Below, in pieces: positions 8,649 through 17,424 of a stretch of 45,889 nucleotides of DNA. The DNA is from a virus. The DNA lies in the UHGV virus genome UHGV-1375786; one strand, 5' to 3'. The position numbers and the translations under genes were made by a program. The first letter of the stretch is position 1; every line of letters begins with the position of its first letter. The notes under the pieces are model-generated. The model was given only the letters and a program-made list of their open reading frames with translations, ran no database searches and was not told the DNA's origin.

Positions 8649-8911
8649 TATATTTTACCTTCTTGCATCAAACCTTCAACCACCGTCATTTTGTATCTCG
8701 GCAGCCTGTAAGACTCCAGTGCTTTCTCTGCTCCGCGCTGCGATTTGTATGCCTTAATGCTGGGCACTGGAGTCACCGAGTCTTCAGCGCCGTAACCGTA
8801 ATTTGATACCTGCACTACACGAAACATACCATCAATGTTGCGCACGCATAGATTTTTGAATGCGACAAGGCCAGTTTCTTTGTTGATGTAGCGAGTGATG
8901 ATGCGTTCCAT
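8648..8911 (-). CDS. hypothetical protein (87 aa), opposite-strand moron between terminase and portal
   Basis: ORF ending at the terminator, divergent from a motif-rich regulatory region. Confidence 0.5.
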   Translation of the reverse strand: MERIITRYINKETGLVAFKNLCVRNIDGMFRVVQVSNYGYGAEDSVTPVPSIKAYKSQRGAEKALESYRLPRYKMTVVEGLMQEGKI

Positions 8912-8929
8912 AAATCCTCCTTGTTTCGT

Positions 8930-9050
8930 ATGAGTTCAATCTACATCACAGCAATATCTACGTCAACATTTATTATTGTTGTTGATAAATCTGCATCACC
9001 GCGCTTGACCAATCTACACCGAGCGCATAGTATAATCTACATCAGGCTTA
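8930..9050 (+). promoter_or_regulatory. Five tandem copies of the AATCTAC(A/G)TCA box (8933, 8955, 8987, 9008, 9036) plus TTGACC and TATAAT elements
   Basis: Copies read directly. They lie upstream of the ORF at 9065. Confidence 0.55.
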
Positions 9051-9064
9051 CCGGGGATATCACT

Positions 9065-9271
9065 ATGCGCAGCTATGCAGGATTTACACAGGAGGAAAAA
9101 GAGCAGGTTTATTCACTGGCGCGGGCTGGCGTGCCTGATGATGTGATTTGCCGTAGGTATGACATAGACGAGGATTTTCTGCTGCGCGTTCTGGATGATG
9201 TCTTCGTTAACCTGCAAGAGAAACGCGGATATAAGGGTATCTGCTGCAAGAATGATTTTTTGAGAGGTTGA
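9065..9271 (+). CDS. hypothetical protein (68 aa), possible HTH regulator
   Basis: ORF downstream of the 5x box cluster. FTQEEKEQVYSLARAGVPDDVICRRYDI is HTH-like. Confidence 0.45.
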   Translation: MRSYAGFTQEEKEQVYSLARAGVPDDVICRRYDIDEDFLLRVLDDVFVNLQEKRGYKGICCKNDFLRG

Positions 9272-9272
9272 T

Positions 9273-9461
9273 TTGATGAGTGTTTATTTTATTCATGCTG
9301 AAGTGCTTGATGGTGGTGATGTTGTTACAAAGGTTTGTGCGACAGCTACGACATCCAACGCCAATGAAGCGTTTGATTGGTTTTTGGGTTGCGAATTGGT
9401 TGCAAAATACGAAATAAAAGGCTACGACGTTATCATTGATAAACTTGAGAAGGTGGAGTGA
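9273..9461 (+). CDS. hypothetical protein (62 aa)
   Basis: Packed ORF. Confidence 0.45.
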   Translation: MMSVYFIHAEVLDGGDVVTKVCATATTSNANEAFDWFLGCELVAKYEIKGYDVIIDKLEKVE

Positions 9462-9664
9462 TGGACAGAAGACATCTTAACGAGTTGGCTACTGAACTTA
9501 GAAAAAGATTTGAGAGCATCTGGTTTGATAACCGCCATGAATTCAATGATAAGCGATATCAGATTTACGCAAAATGCAGAGGTTTGGTGGTCGGGGATAG
9601 GATGGAAAATTCCGTGTTCCATCATGGCGATGACATAATGCACAGGCGAGCCTTCGACTATTGA
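9458..9664 (+). CDS. hypothetical protein (68 aa)
   Basis: ATGA overlap with the upstream gene. Followed by a terminator. Confidence 0.45.
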   Translation: MMDRRHLNELATELRKRFESIWFDNRHEFNDKRYQIYAKCRGLVVGDRMENSVFHHGDDIMHRRAFDY

Positions 9665-9676
9665 TACCATGCTATA

Positions 9677-9706
9677 ATCCCATCCAACGTGATGGGATTT
9701 TTTTAT
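9677..9706 (+). terminator. Rho-independent terminator (ATCCCATCcaacgtGATGGGAT + T7)
   Basis: Hairpin plus TTTTTTTAT. Confidence 0.7.
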
Positions 9707-9715
9707 TGGTGACAT

Positions 9716-11125
9716 ATGTCAAAAATTGATGCGTTAAACGCCTATATACGCGACCGCGTGGCGAACAATAACCGGGCTATTCAGCAGCAGCGGCTTTGCG
9801 CTGGTGGTAAGAATCTGGACCAGAAACGTGAGTTCATGTGGAAGGAGCTTGGCTACCCGCAGGAAATCACCGCCGAGATGTTCCGCTATGCCTATGAGCG
9901 ACATCCAGCCGCCGCCGCTGGTATTAACCGCATTATTAATAAATGCTGGCAGAAATATCCGGAAGTGGTAGAAGATGGCGAGGATGACAAGAACTCTACG
10001 TCGTGGGAATTATCCATCAACGACATGATGAAGCGCGCCTATCCGTTCATCAAAGAGGCCGACAAGCGCAACGCCATCAACCGCTATTCCGCTGTTATCC
10101 TGCAAATCCGCGATGGCAAACAGTGGAGTGAGCCGGTAGACGTCACCAAAACTCGCCGCATTAAAGATAAATCCATTGTTCGCTTCATTCCGGTGTGGGA
10201 GGAGCAACTCCGCGTCAGTGCGTGGAATAACGACGAAACCAGCGAAGACTACGGTATGCCTGAGATGTACGAATACCAGGAAAGCGCCGTGGAAGATTTT
10301 AGCGACGGCAAGCCTGAGCGTTCCGTGCAGATTCACCCTGACCGCATCATCATTCTGGCTGAGGGTAGCTTTGACGGCAGCATGTTCAGTGGTGTCCCGA
10401 TGCTGCGTGCTGGCTACAACAGCCTTATCGACATGGCTAAGGTTTCCGGCAGCTCCGCAGAAGGATTCCTGAAGAATGCCAGCCGCCAACTGGCCGTTAA
10501 CTACACGAAGGATAACGTAACGCCAGCAAGCCTTGCTCAGTCAATGGGTGTCGATATCGAAGAGCTAACCGATATCATGAATGAGAACATCGAGGCGCTG
10601 AACTCAGGCATAGACAGTGCCATGTTCACAATGGGTGCGGATGCAAAAGTTCTCGCTGTGACTCCAGCTGACCCGAAACCCACATGGGAGGTGGCAGCCA
10701 ACCAGTTCGCTGCATCAATGGCACTTCCATTCACGGTCATTTTCGGGCAGCAAACCGGACGCCTTGCGAGCGACGAAGACAAGATGCAGGAGGCGATGAC
10801 TGCCAAGCAGCGCCGCGAAACGTGGGTGGATTATGTCATCTCAATGTTTGTTGAGCGAATGATTCAGTTTGGCATTGTCGATAAAGCACCAGAAAATGGC
10901 TACAAAGTTAAGTGGGATGACCTGCTGGCACCATCGGAACTGGATAAAGCGGAGTTGCTGGCCAAACTGGCCACCGCGAACAAATCGTTCTTTGACGCTG
11001 GTCAATCTGCACTACTGACCGTCGATGAGGCTCGCGGCATGGTGGGTATGGAGCCGATTGAACTTGATGAAAGCTATCGCGAAGACACACCACCAGAAGA
11101 CGAAAATGAAGATACTCCGGTTTAA
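9716..11125 (+). CDS. portal protein
   Basis: 469 aa ORF between TerL and the MuF-like gene. Acidic C-terminus. Confidence 0.8.
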   Translation: MSKIDALNAYIRDRVANNNRAIQQQRLCAGGKNLDQKREFMWKELGYPQEITAEMFRYAYERHPAAAAGINRIINKCWQKYPEVVEDGEDDKNSTSWELSINDMMKRAYPFIKEADKRNAINRYSAVILQIRDGKQWSEPVDVTKTRRIKDKSIVRFIPVWEEQLRVSAWNNDETSEDYGMPEMYEYQESAVEDFSDGKPERSVQIHPDRIIILAEGSFDGSMFSGVPMLRAGYNSLIDMAKVSGSSAEGFLKNASRQLAVNYTKDNVTPASLAQSMGVDIEELTDIMNENIEALNSGIDSAMFTMGADAKVLAVTPADPKPTWEVAANQFAASMALPFTVIFGQQTGRLASDEDKMQEAMTAKQRRETWVDYVISMFVERMIQFGIVDKAPENGYKVKWDDLLAPSELDKAELLAKLATANKSFFDAGQSALLTVDEARGMVGMEPIELDESYREDTPPEDENEDTPV

Positions 11126-12056
11126 CGCAAGGCTTCCTCAACCGCGCATATCGCAGAGCCTGACCGACCCGTTAGGCGCTGCGTCTCGCCTGTCGAAGAT
11201 GGACAAGGTGATAACTCGCAAATACAAACAACTAAGGACTCGTGCGCTTGAGTTGTTTCGCGCTATTCCGAATAGCCAGGCTAACGCAGAATCAAGCGAC
11301 CTGTATTTCTATGATTTCAGCAGCGCGCGTGCCGCTACTTTCATGGATGAGTTACAGGCGCTGATTGACGAGATTCTACTTGAAGGTGATGACTTCGGTC
11401 ACGGTAGAATGTGGGCTAACGTGTTCATCGGTGATGCGTATCAGGCTGGAACACAGAAGGCTAACTCTGAACTGTCAAGGCTGTCTCCTGTTTATGCCGA
11501 GCAAAGACCGATTGCCGCGATACTCTACAGTGAGCCTTACCTGAATAGACTTCAACTGGCCTATGCCGCTGGCTATTCCGACTGGCGCGGATTGAGTGAT
11601 TATTCCCGCCAGCAACTGGCATCTGTCATTATGGAAGGCATTGCTCGTGGCGCTAATCCTCGAGACGTTGAAGCTGACATCGTTAAGCGTGTGGATGTGT
11701 CTCACAGCTATGCTAAGCAGCTGGCGCAAACGGAAATCACCGGAACGCTACGGCAGGCAAACAGGCGAGAAGTCATTGAAGCTCGCGAGGAATTGGGTAT
11801 TGAGACGGTGATGCTGTGGCAGTCGGCATTAATGCGCACAACTCGCCAGACACACGCCGCGCGACATGGACGGTTTTTTGCGCCAGAAGAGATTGACACG
11901 TTCTATAGTGAGAATGGCAACAGATATAATTGCCACTGCGCGCAAACTCCAGCATTGCTAATGGATGGTAAACCAGTCATTCTTGAGTCTTCACAGGAAA
12001 GGCTTGATAAGCAGCGCGAAGCATGGCAATCGGCAAACAAAAAGCCCTCTAAGTGA
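11106..12056 (+). CDS. head morphogenesis protein, Mu gpF / SPP1 gp7-like (start uncertain; alternatives at 11025 and 11199)
   Basis: Position after the portal. MuF-like core [14 protein letters not shown]...[17 protein letters not shown]. Confidence 0.7.
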   Translation: MKILRFNARLPQPRISQSLTDPLGAASRLSKMDKVITRKYKQLRTRALELFRAIPNSQANAESSDLYFYDFSSARAATFMDELQALIDEILLEGDDFGHGRMWANVFIGDAYQAGTQKANSELSRLSPVYAEQRPIAAILYSEPYLNRLQLAYAAGYSDWRGLSDYSRQQLASVIMEGIARGANPRDVEADIVKRVDVSHSYAKQLAQTEITGTLRQANRREVIEAREELGIETVMLWQSALMRTTRQTHAARHGRFFAPEEIDTFYSENGNRYNCHCAQTPALLMDGKPVILESSQERLDKQREAWQSANKKPSK

Positions 12057-12070
12057 GGGCTTTGATTTAT
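12040..12070. terminator. Stem-loop AAGCCCTCtaagtGAGGGCTT overlapping the MuF stop codon
   Basis: Hairpin and T-rich tail read directly. Confidence 0.45.
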
Positions 12071-12143
12071 CTTATCAGCATGCACAGAACAAATATTATT
12101 ATCGCATAGCACAATATCTCTACGACGCTGAATATGATTTTAA

Positions 12144-12377
12144 TCATTTCCATGATTCATGTTTAAATTGATATCCGTTATCGCACTCTTTGCATGCAAA
12201 CTCAGTCCTTCCGTCTCCATATGGGTCAATCATTCCGGTGCCATTACATTTAGGGCAAATTCGCGCATCACCATCAATAACAGCTTGATGAATCTTTGCC
12301 GCGCACTGGTCAGTAAACACATTGCCGTCAGAGGTCTTCCAGTGGGTTATAGCAATATTTATTTTCTCAGGAAACAT
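12144..12377 (-). CDS. TraR/DksA-type C4 zinc-finger protein (77 aa)
   Basis: CPKC-x17-CKEC spacing matches the TraR/DksA zinc-finger signature. Confidence 0.5.
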   Translation of the reverse strand: MFPEKINIAITHWKTSDGNVFTDQCAAKIHQAVIDGDARICPKCNGTGMIDPYGDGRTEFACKECDNGYQFKHESWK

Positions 12378-12379
12378 AA

Positions 12380-12937
12380 TTAATCATCCAGTTTCACGCC
12401 GGGAATCTTGCCTGCTGCGATGGCTTCGTAAATTAGCTTGGCCTCATCCTCGCGCTTGTAATCTTGAGCCACCATTTCTAATATTGCGCAGATAGATTCA
12501 AGTACGGCCTCATGCTTCCTTTCTGATTCCGTGCGTAGTGGTCTAAATTTTGTATGGCTCACGCTAAACGCTCTCTCAGAGCCGTCAATTACACCAACTA
12601 TAACTTCTGCGCCCACAAATAGCACCTTGCATAAATGCCATGCATCAAGAAACTGACACTCACACTCACGCCCCACTGGCGGAATGCCTTCGCCGTCCCA
12701 TGTTTGCCTTTGCGATGTGGCGAGTGCGGATTCATATTGCTCTTTTGTTATTTTTGCGCCACTCCCTCCGCATTTCCTGTGATTAATAGCCAGCTCATCA
12801 AGGAAGATTCCTGTCATTGCTCTGCCTCTTCCATAAAACATAAGTTCTCTGTCATAATCTTGCCCGATATGAGTTACATCTTTGGGCCACCCGCCACGCT
12901 TAGGCAATTCTTGAACTAACAGGTCGATAAGTTTCAT
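12380..12937 (-). CDS. hypothetical protein (about 185 aa; start MKLIDLL)
   Basis: RBS GGAGAG 7 nt upstream of the ATG at 12937. The longer in-frame extension lacks an RBS. Confidence 0.55.
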   Translation of the reverse strand: MKLIDLLVQELPKRGGWPKDVTHIGQDYDRELMFYGRGRAMTGIFLDELAINHRKCGGSGAKITKEQYESALATSQRQTWDGEGIPPVGRECECQFLDAWHLCKVLFVGAEVIVGVIDGSERAFSVSHTKFRPLRTESERKHEAVLESICAILEMVAQDYKREDEAKLIYEAIAAGKIPGVKLDD

Positions 12938-12951
12938 TTTTTTGCTCTCCA

Positions 12952-13167
12952 TCAATAATTTGGCTTTACGTCTTTCATTGTTAGCGGCTTCCATCCGTTT
13001 GCTATTGCAATGTCGATGCAATCCTCAAGCGTCTTTGCTTTTATTGGCTCACCAACTTCACTATCATCAAATTTTCTCTGTATTTGATAGCCATCAACAA
13101 CATAGAGAATTTCCACAGAGCCATGTAGCGTGTGCATAGACTCAAGCCATTGCAGGTGGTAGCTCAT
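12952..13167 (-). CDS. hypothetical protein (71 aa)
   Basis: ORF in the leftward moron operon. Confidence 0.45.
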   Translation of the reverse strand: MSYHLQWLESMHTLHGSVEILYVVDGYQIQRKFDDSEVGEPIKAKTLEDCIDIAIANGWKPLTMKDVKPNY

Positions 13168-13466
13168 TTTGTTTCTCCCAACGCTTTATTAATCGCCGCA
13201 CGCGCATTATCCAGAGCGCGACGCTTGCTTGATGCTGTCCAGACTTTGCCGGATTGGTCGTCGTATATTTCCAGTAGTTGCTGTAGTGTTGCGAGTATTT
13301 CCGGTGATGCTGCGATTAATTTTGCGTTATGCCATTGTTCGGTTTTATCACCGTTATATGTTGGAGTGAACGCAATCTCAACACCAATATCCGAGATAAT
13401 GTCCGGTGAGTTATCATCACCAATAACAACTTCCCATTTTCCACGCGTACCTTTAAATTCTTCCAT
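13164..13466 (-). CDS. hypothetical protein (about 100 aa; start MEEFKG)
   Basis: RBS TGAGG before the internal ATG. ATGA overlap downstream. Confidence 0.45.
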   Translation of the reverse strand: MEEFKGTRGKWEVVIGDDNSPDIISDIGVEIAFTPTYNGDKTEQWHNAKLIAASPEILATLQQLLEIYDDQSGKVWTASSKRRALDNARAAINKALGETK

Positions 13467-13799
13467 CGCCAACCTCACTTAACATACTCAACAATTTCAC
13501 ACTCGCGCATCTGCACAAGACCAAATGGCGCAACCAGTTTGCCGCATTTCATAACTTTAATCTGAGACAAATCGAATGCGACGGTTTGTCCTGTGGTGAA
13601 TTTTATGATTGCCATTATGCTAACTCCCCAGTTTCAGTTAGTACAACGCAAGCGCATTCAATTTCAGCATCTTCCGACTCCAGTATTCGAGATATCTTCT
13701 TAGCCTCAATAAGGCAATCAAATGTTTCGCCGTAAAAGTAAATCTCACCATCACAACCTTCAATTTCAATAGAGTACATATCAATCACCTCATTCGTTT

Positions 13800-13845
13800 G
13801 TGTATCTACATCATAGCCTCGCCATCCAATCTACGTCAATACCTG
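13800..13845 (+). promoter_or_regulatory. Two direct AATCTACRTCA boxes (13803, 13831) followed by GTCAATACC and TGtGATAGAAT (extended -10-like) upstream of the lysis cassette
   Basis: Read directly. The lysis ORF starts at 13884 with an AGGAGG RBS. Confidence 0.5.
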
Positions 13846-13883
13846 TTGTGATAGAATTAATTATTATTTAAACAGGAGGCAGA

Positions 13884-14162
13884 ATGAAATTATCGCAACG
13901 CGGCATGGAGACCCTTGGAATCACCAACACCGTGGATATATCGCCTTACATCACAACCGAGACAACGCAGAATCAGTTTGATGCACTGACAAGCCTTGCC
14001 ACCGACATTGGCATTGACGCTTTCCGCAAATCAACGCTTCTGAAGAAACACAATCTACGCTGCTTCTCATGTACTGTTGCGCATTTCATCGTGTGGGGCG
14101 AGAAGACTGGCGACAAAGCAAAACGCAAAGCTGAAAAAGAGGTTTACTGGTATGGCTATTAG
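13884..14162 (+). CDS. truncated GH24 (T4/P22-type) lysozyme-like protein, 92 aa. It retains the C-terminal NQ(F/Y)DAL.SL...IG..AF..STLL block and lacks the N-terminal catalytic region
   Basis: Strong RBS. Comparison by memory with P22 gp19 / T4 e: ...NQNQFDALTSLATDIGIDAFRKSTLLKKHN.... Confidence 0.5.
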   Translation: MKLSQRGMETLGITNTVDISPYITTETTQNQFDALTSLATDIGIDAFRKSTLLKKHNLRCFSCTVAHFIVWGEKTGDKAKRKAEKEVYWYGY

Positions 14163-14616
14163 CAAAAACATGAAGGCATTTCTGGATATGCTGGCGTACA
14201 GCGAGGGCACGGATAACGGACGACAGAAAACCAATAATCATGGTTATGATGTGATTGTTGGTGGCTCACTGTTTACCGACTATTCAGATCACCCGCGCAA
14301 GCTGATTAGCCTGCCAAAGTTGGGTATCAAATCCACTGCTGCCGGACGCTATCAGGTGCTGGCTAAATTTTATGACGCGTACAAAAAGCAACTACGCCTG
14401 CCTGACTTCTCCCCCGCATCACAGGACGCTATTGCAATGCAGCTAATCCGTGAATGCAAAGCAACCGCAGATATTGAGGCTGGGCGCATTGCTGATGCCA
14501 TCCATAAATGCCGTTCCCGCTGGGCTTCATTGCCGGGTGCAGGATATGGTCAGCATGAGCAGAAACTGGATAAACTGATTGAGGTATACAAGGATGCTGG
14601 CGGAGCTGTGGCATGA
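14152..14616 (+). CDS. endolysin, lambda R-type lytic transglycosylase
   Basis: MKAFLDMLAYSEGTDNGRQKTNNHGYDVIVGG..FTDYSDHPR...WASLPGAGYGQ is near-collinear with lambda R. The start MAISKN is at 14152. Confidence 0.9.
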   Translation: MAISKNMKAFLDMLAYSEGTDNGRQKTNNHGYDVIVGGSLFTDYSDHPRKLISLPKLGIKSTAAGRYQVLAKFYDAYKKQLRLPDFSPASQDAIAMQLIRECKATADIEAGRIADAIHKCRSRWASLPGAGYGQHEQKLDKLIEVYKDAGGAVA

Positions 14617-14843
14617 AAAAGCTAAGCAACTGGTTGCTCGGCGCGTGGATTTCATTCTGCTCGCTGTTGCAGTTATGGCCTGATGCAATGATGCATGTAT
14701 GGGTAATGATGCCGGACGACCTGAAAGCGGCGCTACCGCCAATCGTGGTCAAAGGTGTGAGCTACTCCATCATGCTGATTGGTATTCTCGGCAAAATGCA
14801 CGGCATGAGGAAGGAGAATCGGAGGCTGCGCAATGGTGAGTGA
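14613..14843 (+). CDS. holin (class II-like, 2 TMD, charged C-terminus)
   Basis: 76 aa. Two hydrophobic segments and a basic tail KMHGMRKENRRLRNGE. ATGA overlap with the endolysin. Confidence 0.6.
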   Translation: MKKLSNWLLGAWISFCSLLQLWPDAMMHVWVMMPDDLKAALPPIVVKGVSYSIMLIGILGKMHGMRKENRRLRNGE

Positions 14844-14983
14844 GCAAAGAGATGCATTAGTACAGGAATGGGCGCGCATAACCAGCGGGGGAGGTGATAT
14901 TGAGTCGGCGTGGCGCGCACTTAAAAAGCGCTCACAATTGGTGCAGTTTGCAACTCGCCGGTGTTTTATATGGAGACCGCACA

Positions 14984-15475
14984 ATGATGTCGATTCTCGC
15001 TAAATATTGGCGACCGCTGGCAATTATTATAATTGTTGCCGCTGGTGCGCTGTGGGCAGCCAATAAAGTATGCAGCTATGGCGAACAGCGATACGCAGAA
15101 GGCAAGGCCCAAGCAATCTCAGACCAGAAGGCCGCAGACAAAAAAGAGGAGCAACGACGCAATGCAGAACTGCAAAAGATTCAGGCCGACGCACAGCAAA
15201 GGATTGACGCTGCGCGCAATGATGCTGTCAATGCTGCTGCTAAGTCTGGCAGGTTGCAGCAACAACTCGCAAATATCCGCAAGCAGCTCGTCGGATATTC
15301 CACCGCTGAGTCCATTGGCAATCCAGCCGCAGAAACCGGAGTTTTGCTTGCCCAGCTGCTCTCAGAATCTGTCGAGAGAAATCGACAGCTGGCAGATTAC
15401 GCTGACAGGGCAAGAGAGGCAGGATTGATGTGTGAGGCGCAGTACAATTCGCTGCGTAATAAAAAAGCCCCGTAA
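14984..15475 (+). CDS. i-spanin (Rz-like)
   Basis: N-terminal TM (PLAIIIIVAAGALWAA). Coiled-coil, Gln/Ala-rich periplasmic domain. RBS GGAG. An o-spanin is embedded. Confidence 0.7.
   Translation: MMSILAKYWRPLAIIIIVAAGALWAANKVCSYGEQRYAEGKAQAISDQKAADKKEEQRRNAELQKIQADAQQRIDAARNDAVNAAAKSGRLQQQLANIRKQLVGYSTAESIGNPAAETGVLLAQLLSESVERNRQLADYADRAREAGLMCEAQYNSLRNKKAP
15219..15428 (+). CDS. o-spanin (Rz1-like lipoprotein) embedded in the +1 frame of Rz
   Basis: Lipobox LLLSLAGC followed by a Pro-rich mature part. Fully embedded architecture. Confidence 0.65.
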   Translation: MMLSMLLLSLAGCSNNSQISASSSSDIPPLSPLAIQPQKPEFCLPSCSQNLSREIDSWQITLTGQERQD

Positions 15476-15492
15476 TGGGGCTTGTGTTTACT
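15461..15492. terminator. Bidirectional terminator AAGCCCCgtaatGGGGCTT flanked by an A-run and a T-rich tail
   Basis: Hairpin read directly, between convergent operons. Confidence 0.6.
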
Positions 15493-15772
15493 TTGCTCGC
15501 TCACGATATTCATCAAGAGCTCCTGCAATGGTTTGTATTGGGTCATGCTCCTGCCCAATAATCTCCCTGATGGATTCTTCACTGGCCGGTATCTCGCCGT
15601 CGCCAAAATAGTAACCAAGAGCAGCCATTAATTCATCATAAGCATCCATATTCATTCCTCATACAGTGGTTTAATCTCATACCCAAACATAACCGCGTTT
15701 TTGTGCTCAACGCTACCAGAAAACACGAGATAGCGCTTGCCTCGATTATCCGTAACGATGTAGGCAGATGGC

Positions 15773-16111
15773 TCACTCTGCTGGCAATGTTGTTGGTTCA
15801 TCAGCTGACTCCTCTATTTGCTTAATCTCCCTCTCTACTTTTGATGTGAATTTAGCTACATTGCCATCAGCGCTATGCTCAACTCGAACATTGTAGCCAT
15901 CAACGGCAGTGAATGCCAAGTCACCAGCATCCCCCGTGCAACTCACCATCTCAAGGTCTATAGCTTTTGCCGGGATGCGGAATTTCACCCCTCCAGATTC
16001 AATCGTAATGTCAGGAGCCACCAGATAATGTCGGTCATTATGCTTAAATACCAGGTCACTACCAACATCGCTAATCAACATGCTGGCTGGTGATATTTTT
16101 TCGATTTTCAT
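15773..16111 (-). CDS. hypothetical protein (about 112 aa; start MKIEKIS)
   Basis: RBS GGAGGAGTAAA before the ATG. Predicted beta-rich protein. Confidence 0.5.
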   Translation of the reverse strand: MKIEKISPASMLISDVGSDLVFKHNDRHYLVAPDITIESGGVKFRIPAKAIDLEMVSCTGDAGDLAFTAVDGYNVRVEHSADGNVAKFTSKVEREIKQIEESADEPTTLPAE

Positions 16112-16112
16112 T

Positions 16113-16376
16113 TTACTCCTCCACAATGCGGACTAATGAACACTCAAGGTTCGGCGCATTATAATTGCCAGCCAAAAACAGCACGCTACCAGTGCTAATC
16201 AGAACCTGTTTTGCGTTCGCCTGCGACAGATTCTGCACGATGAATTGCGCTGTCTCAGTGCCGATTTTCAGCACTGCACTACCGTCGCTGTTTAGTGATA
16301 CCAGTTGCGCGGAAGTGTCAGCAATATTGGTGTAGTTCGCGTTTCGTTGCGCGATTGTGATGTCGCAGAATGACAT
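16113..16376 (-). CDS. hypothetical protein (about 87 aa; start MSFCDITIAQ)
   Basis: RBS AGGAGCATAAA before the internal ATG, 4 nt after the upstream stop. Confidence 0.45.
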   Translation of the reverse strand: MSFCDITIAQRNANYTNIADTSAQLVSLNSDGSAVLKIGTETAQFIVQNLSQANAKQVLISTGSVLFLAGNYNAPNLECSLVRIVEE

Positions 16377-16377
16377 T

Positions 16378-16593
16378 TTATGCTCCTGTAGTGATATGGA
16401 TTTTGCCGTTTTCGCCATATGTTGCCGATTCGATTGTCACGGTGATTGTAGATACTCCATCAAAAGATGCGTCGAGATTGAAGTTAACCACGCCAGCAAG
16501 CCTGCGCCCGTCCTGATCGACAATCATGCTTCTGCCATTAACTTGCTCAATATGGGGATAAATAGGTTCGTCATGCTTAGGTAGCGGCATCAT
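16378..16593 (-). CDS. hypothetical protein (71 aa)
   Basis: ORF. ATGA overlap with the upstream 192-aa gene. Confidence 0.5.
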   Translation of the reverse strand: MMPLPKHDEPIYPHIEQVNGRSMIVDQDGRRLAGVVNFNLDASFDGVSTITVTIESATYGENGKIHITTGA

Positions 16594-17168
16594 TTAATCT
16601 CCAGTTCTTTCGCGCGAATTGCGCTGTCAATGATGTCCTGTAAATCTTGTTCGTGTGATTTGTGCCCGCGATTTCCGGGCTGTAGTGCTTTTTTAATCAG
16701 GTGCTGCAACGCTGGGTTAGTGACATTCCACGCCATGAGCACATCGTACACATCAACAAATACACCCGGCTTAATCTCGTGCAGGTATTTGTTTGCAAGT
16801 TCCGCCTCATGCCATTTCCCGTCGATGCGAGCCTCGCCAACTTTAACTGGCTTGCATCGGCAATTGGTGTGACCAAAGATCGGATATCCTTCAGGCAAGA
16901 AATCGCCAACAAATGATTTGGTGCTTGCAATAAATCCGCCTCGTTTCGCGTCAGCTTCCGTCGCGCCAATGCAATCGCTGAGGTCTTGTTCGTTGGCGAT
17001 CGGTTCTCGGTGGGCAAGCAGAGTGAACAGGTCTTTATTAATGGTCTTTGGATTATTAGTGAACGTCACCCACCCATTTTTATTATGAACAAAGGCGTGA
17101 GTATCCTCATGATGCGCGCCATCAAAATCATCGACTCCACCCTTAAGCAGCTTATACCTCAATGTCAT
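16590..17168 (-). CDS. hypothetical protein (about 192 aa; start MTLRYKLL)
   Basis: RBS GGAGAGAGAA. ATGA overlap with the upstream gene. Cys/His-containing, His-rich N-terminus. Confidence 0.55.
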   Translation of the reverse strand: MTLRYKLLKGGVDDFDGAHHEDTHAFVHNKNGWVTFTNNPKTINKDLFTLLAHREPIANEQDLSDCIGATEADAKRGGFIASTKSFVGDFLPEGYPIFGHTNCRCKPVKVGEARIDGKWHEAELANKYLHEIKPGVFVDVYDVLMAWNVTNPALQHLIKKALQPGNRGHKSHEQDLQDIIDSAIRAKELEIK

Positions 17169-17389
17169 TTCTCTCTCCACTTAATCATCTCGCGTCGCGG
17201 CATTGTGACGCGGTTGTATTCATCAACATTAAAATTGGCCCGAATCAAATCATACATCTCATCCTTTGGCATATCAGCCAGTGCCACATAGCAACGGGCA
17301 AAGTAGCGAACATCACGGAGTGTCAGCGGCTGCCGCTTCTCCACAATGCTGGTGATAATGTCCATCGGCTCGCGTCGTGGTCTTGGCAT
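17165..17389 (-). CDS. hypothetical protein (74 aa), first gene of the leftward operon
   Basis: ORF. Divergent from the regulatory region at 17425-17462. Confidence 0.5.
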   Translation of the reverse strand: MPRPRREPMDIITSIVEKRQPLTLRDVRYFARCYVALADMPKDEMYDLIRANFNVDEYNRVTMPRREMIKWREK

Positions 17390-17424
17390 ATTTACTACTC
17401 CTTCTCGAAAAACATCTTGACGTT

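Noticed and set aside
10010-10806. Antisense ORFs (159 aa, 98 aa, 89 aa) within the portal gene
   Set aside because: They are embedded in a long, well-supported structural gene, with Arg/Ala-rich shadow translations typical of GC-rich antisense frames.
14077-14151. Longer 179-aa form of the endolysin starting at 14077
   Set aside because: The upstream extension (MRISSCGARRLATKQNAKLKKRFTG) is in the -1 frame overlap with the lysozyme-remnant ORF and lacks an RBS. The ATG at 14152 aligns with the lambda R N-terminus.
15397-15618. 73-aa minus-strand ORF overlapping the Rz/Rz1 3' end and the terminator
   Set aside because: It crosses a strong hairpin terminator and overlaps the spanin genes. 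A shorter, differently framed ORF (about 15487-15654) with an RBS explains the region better.
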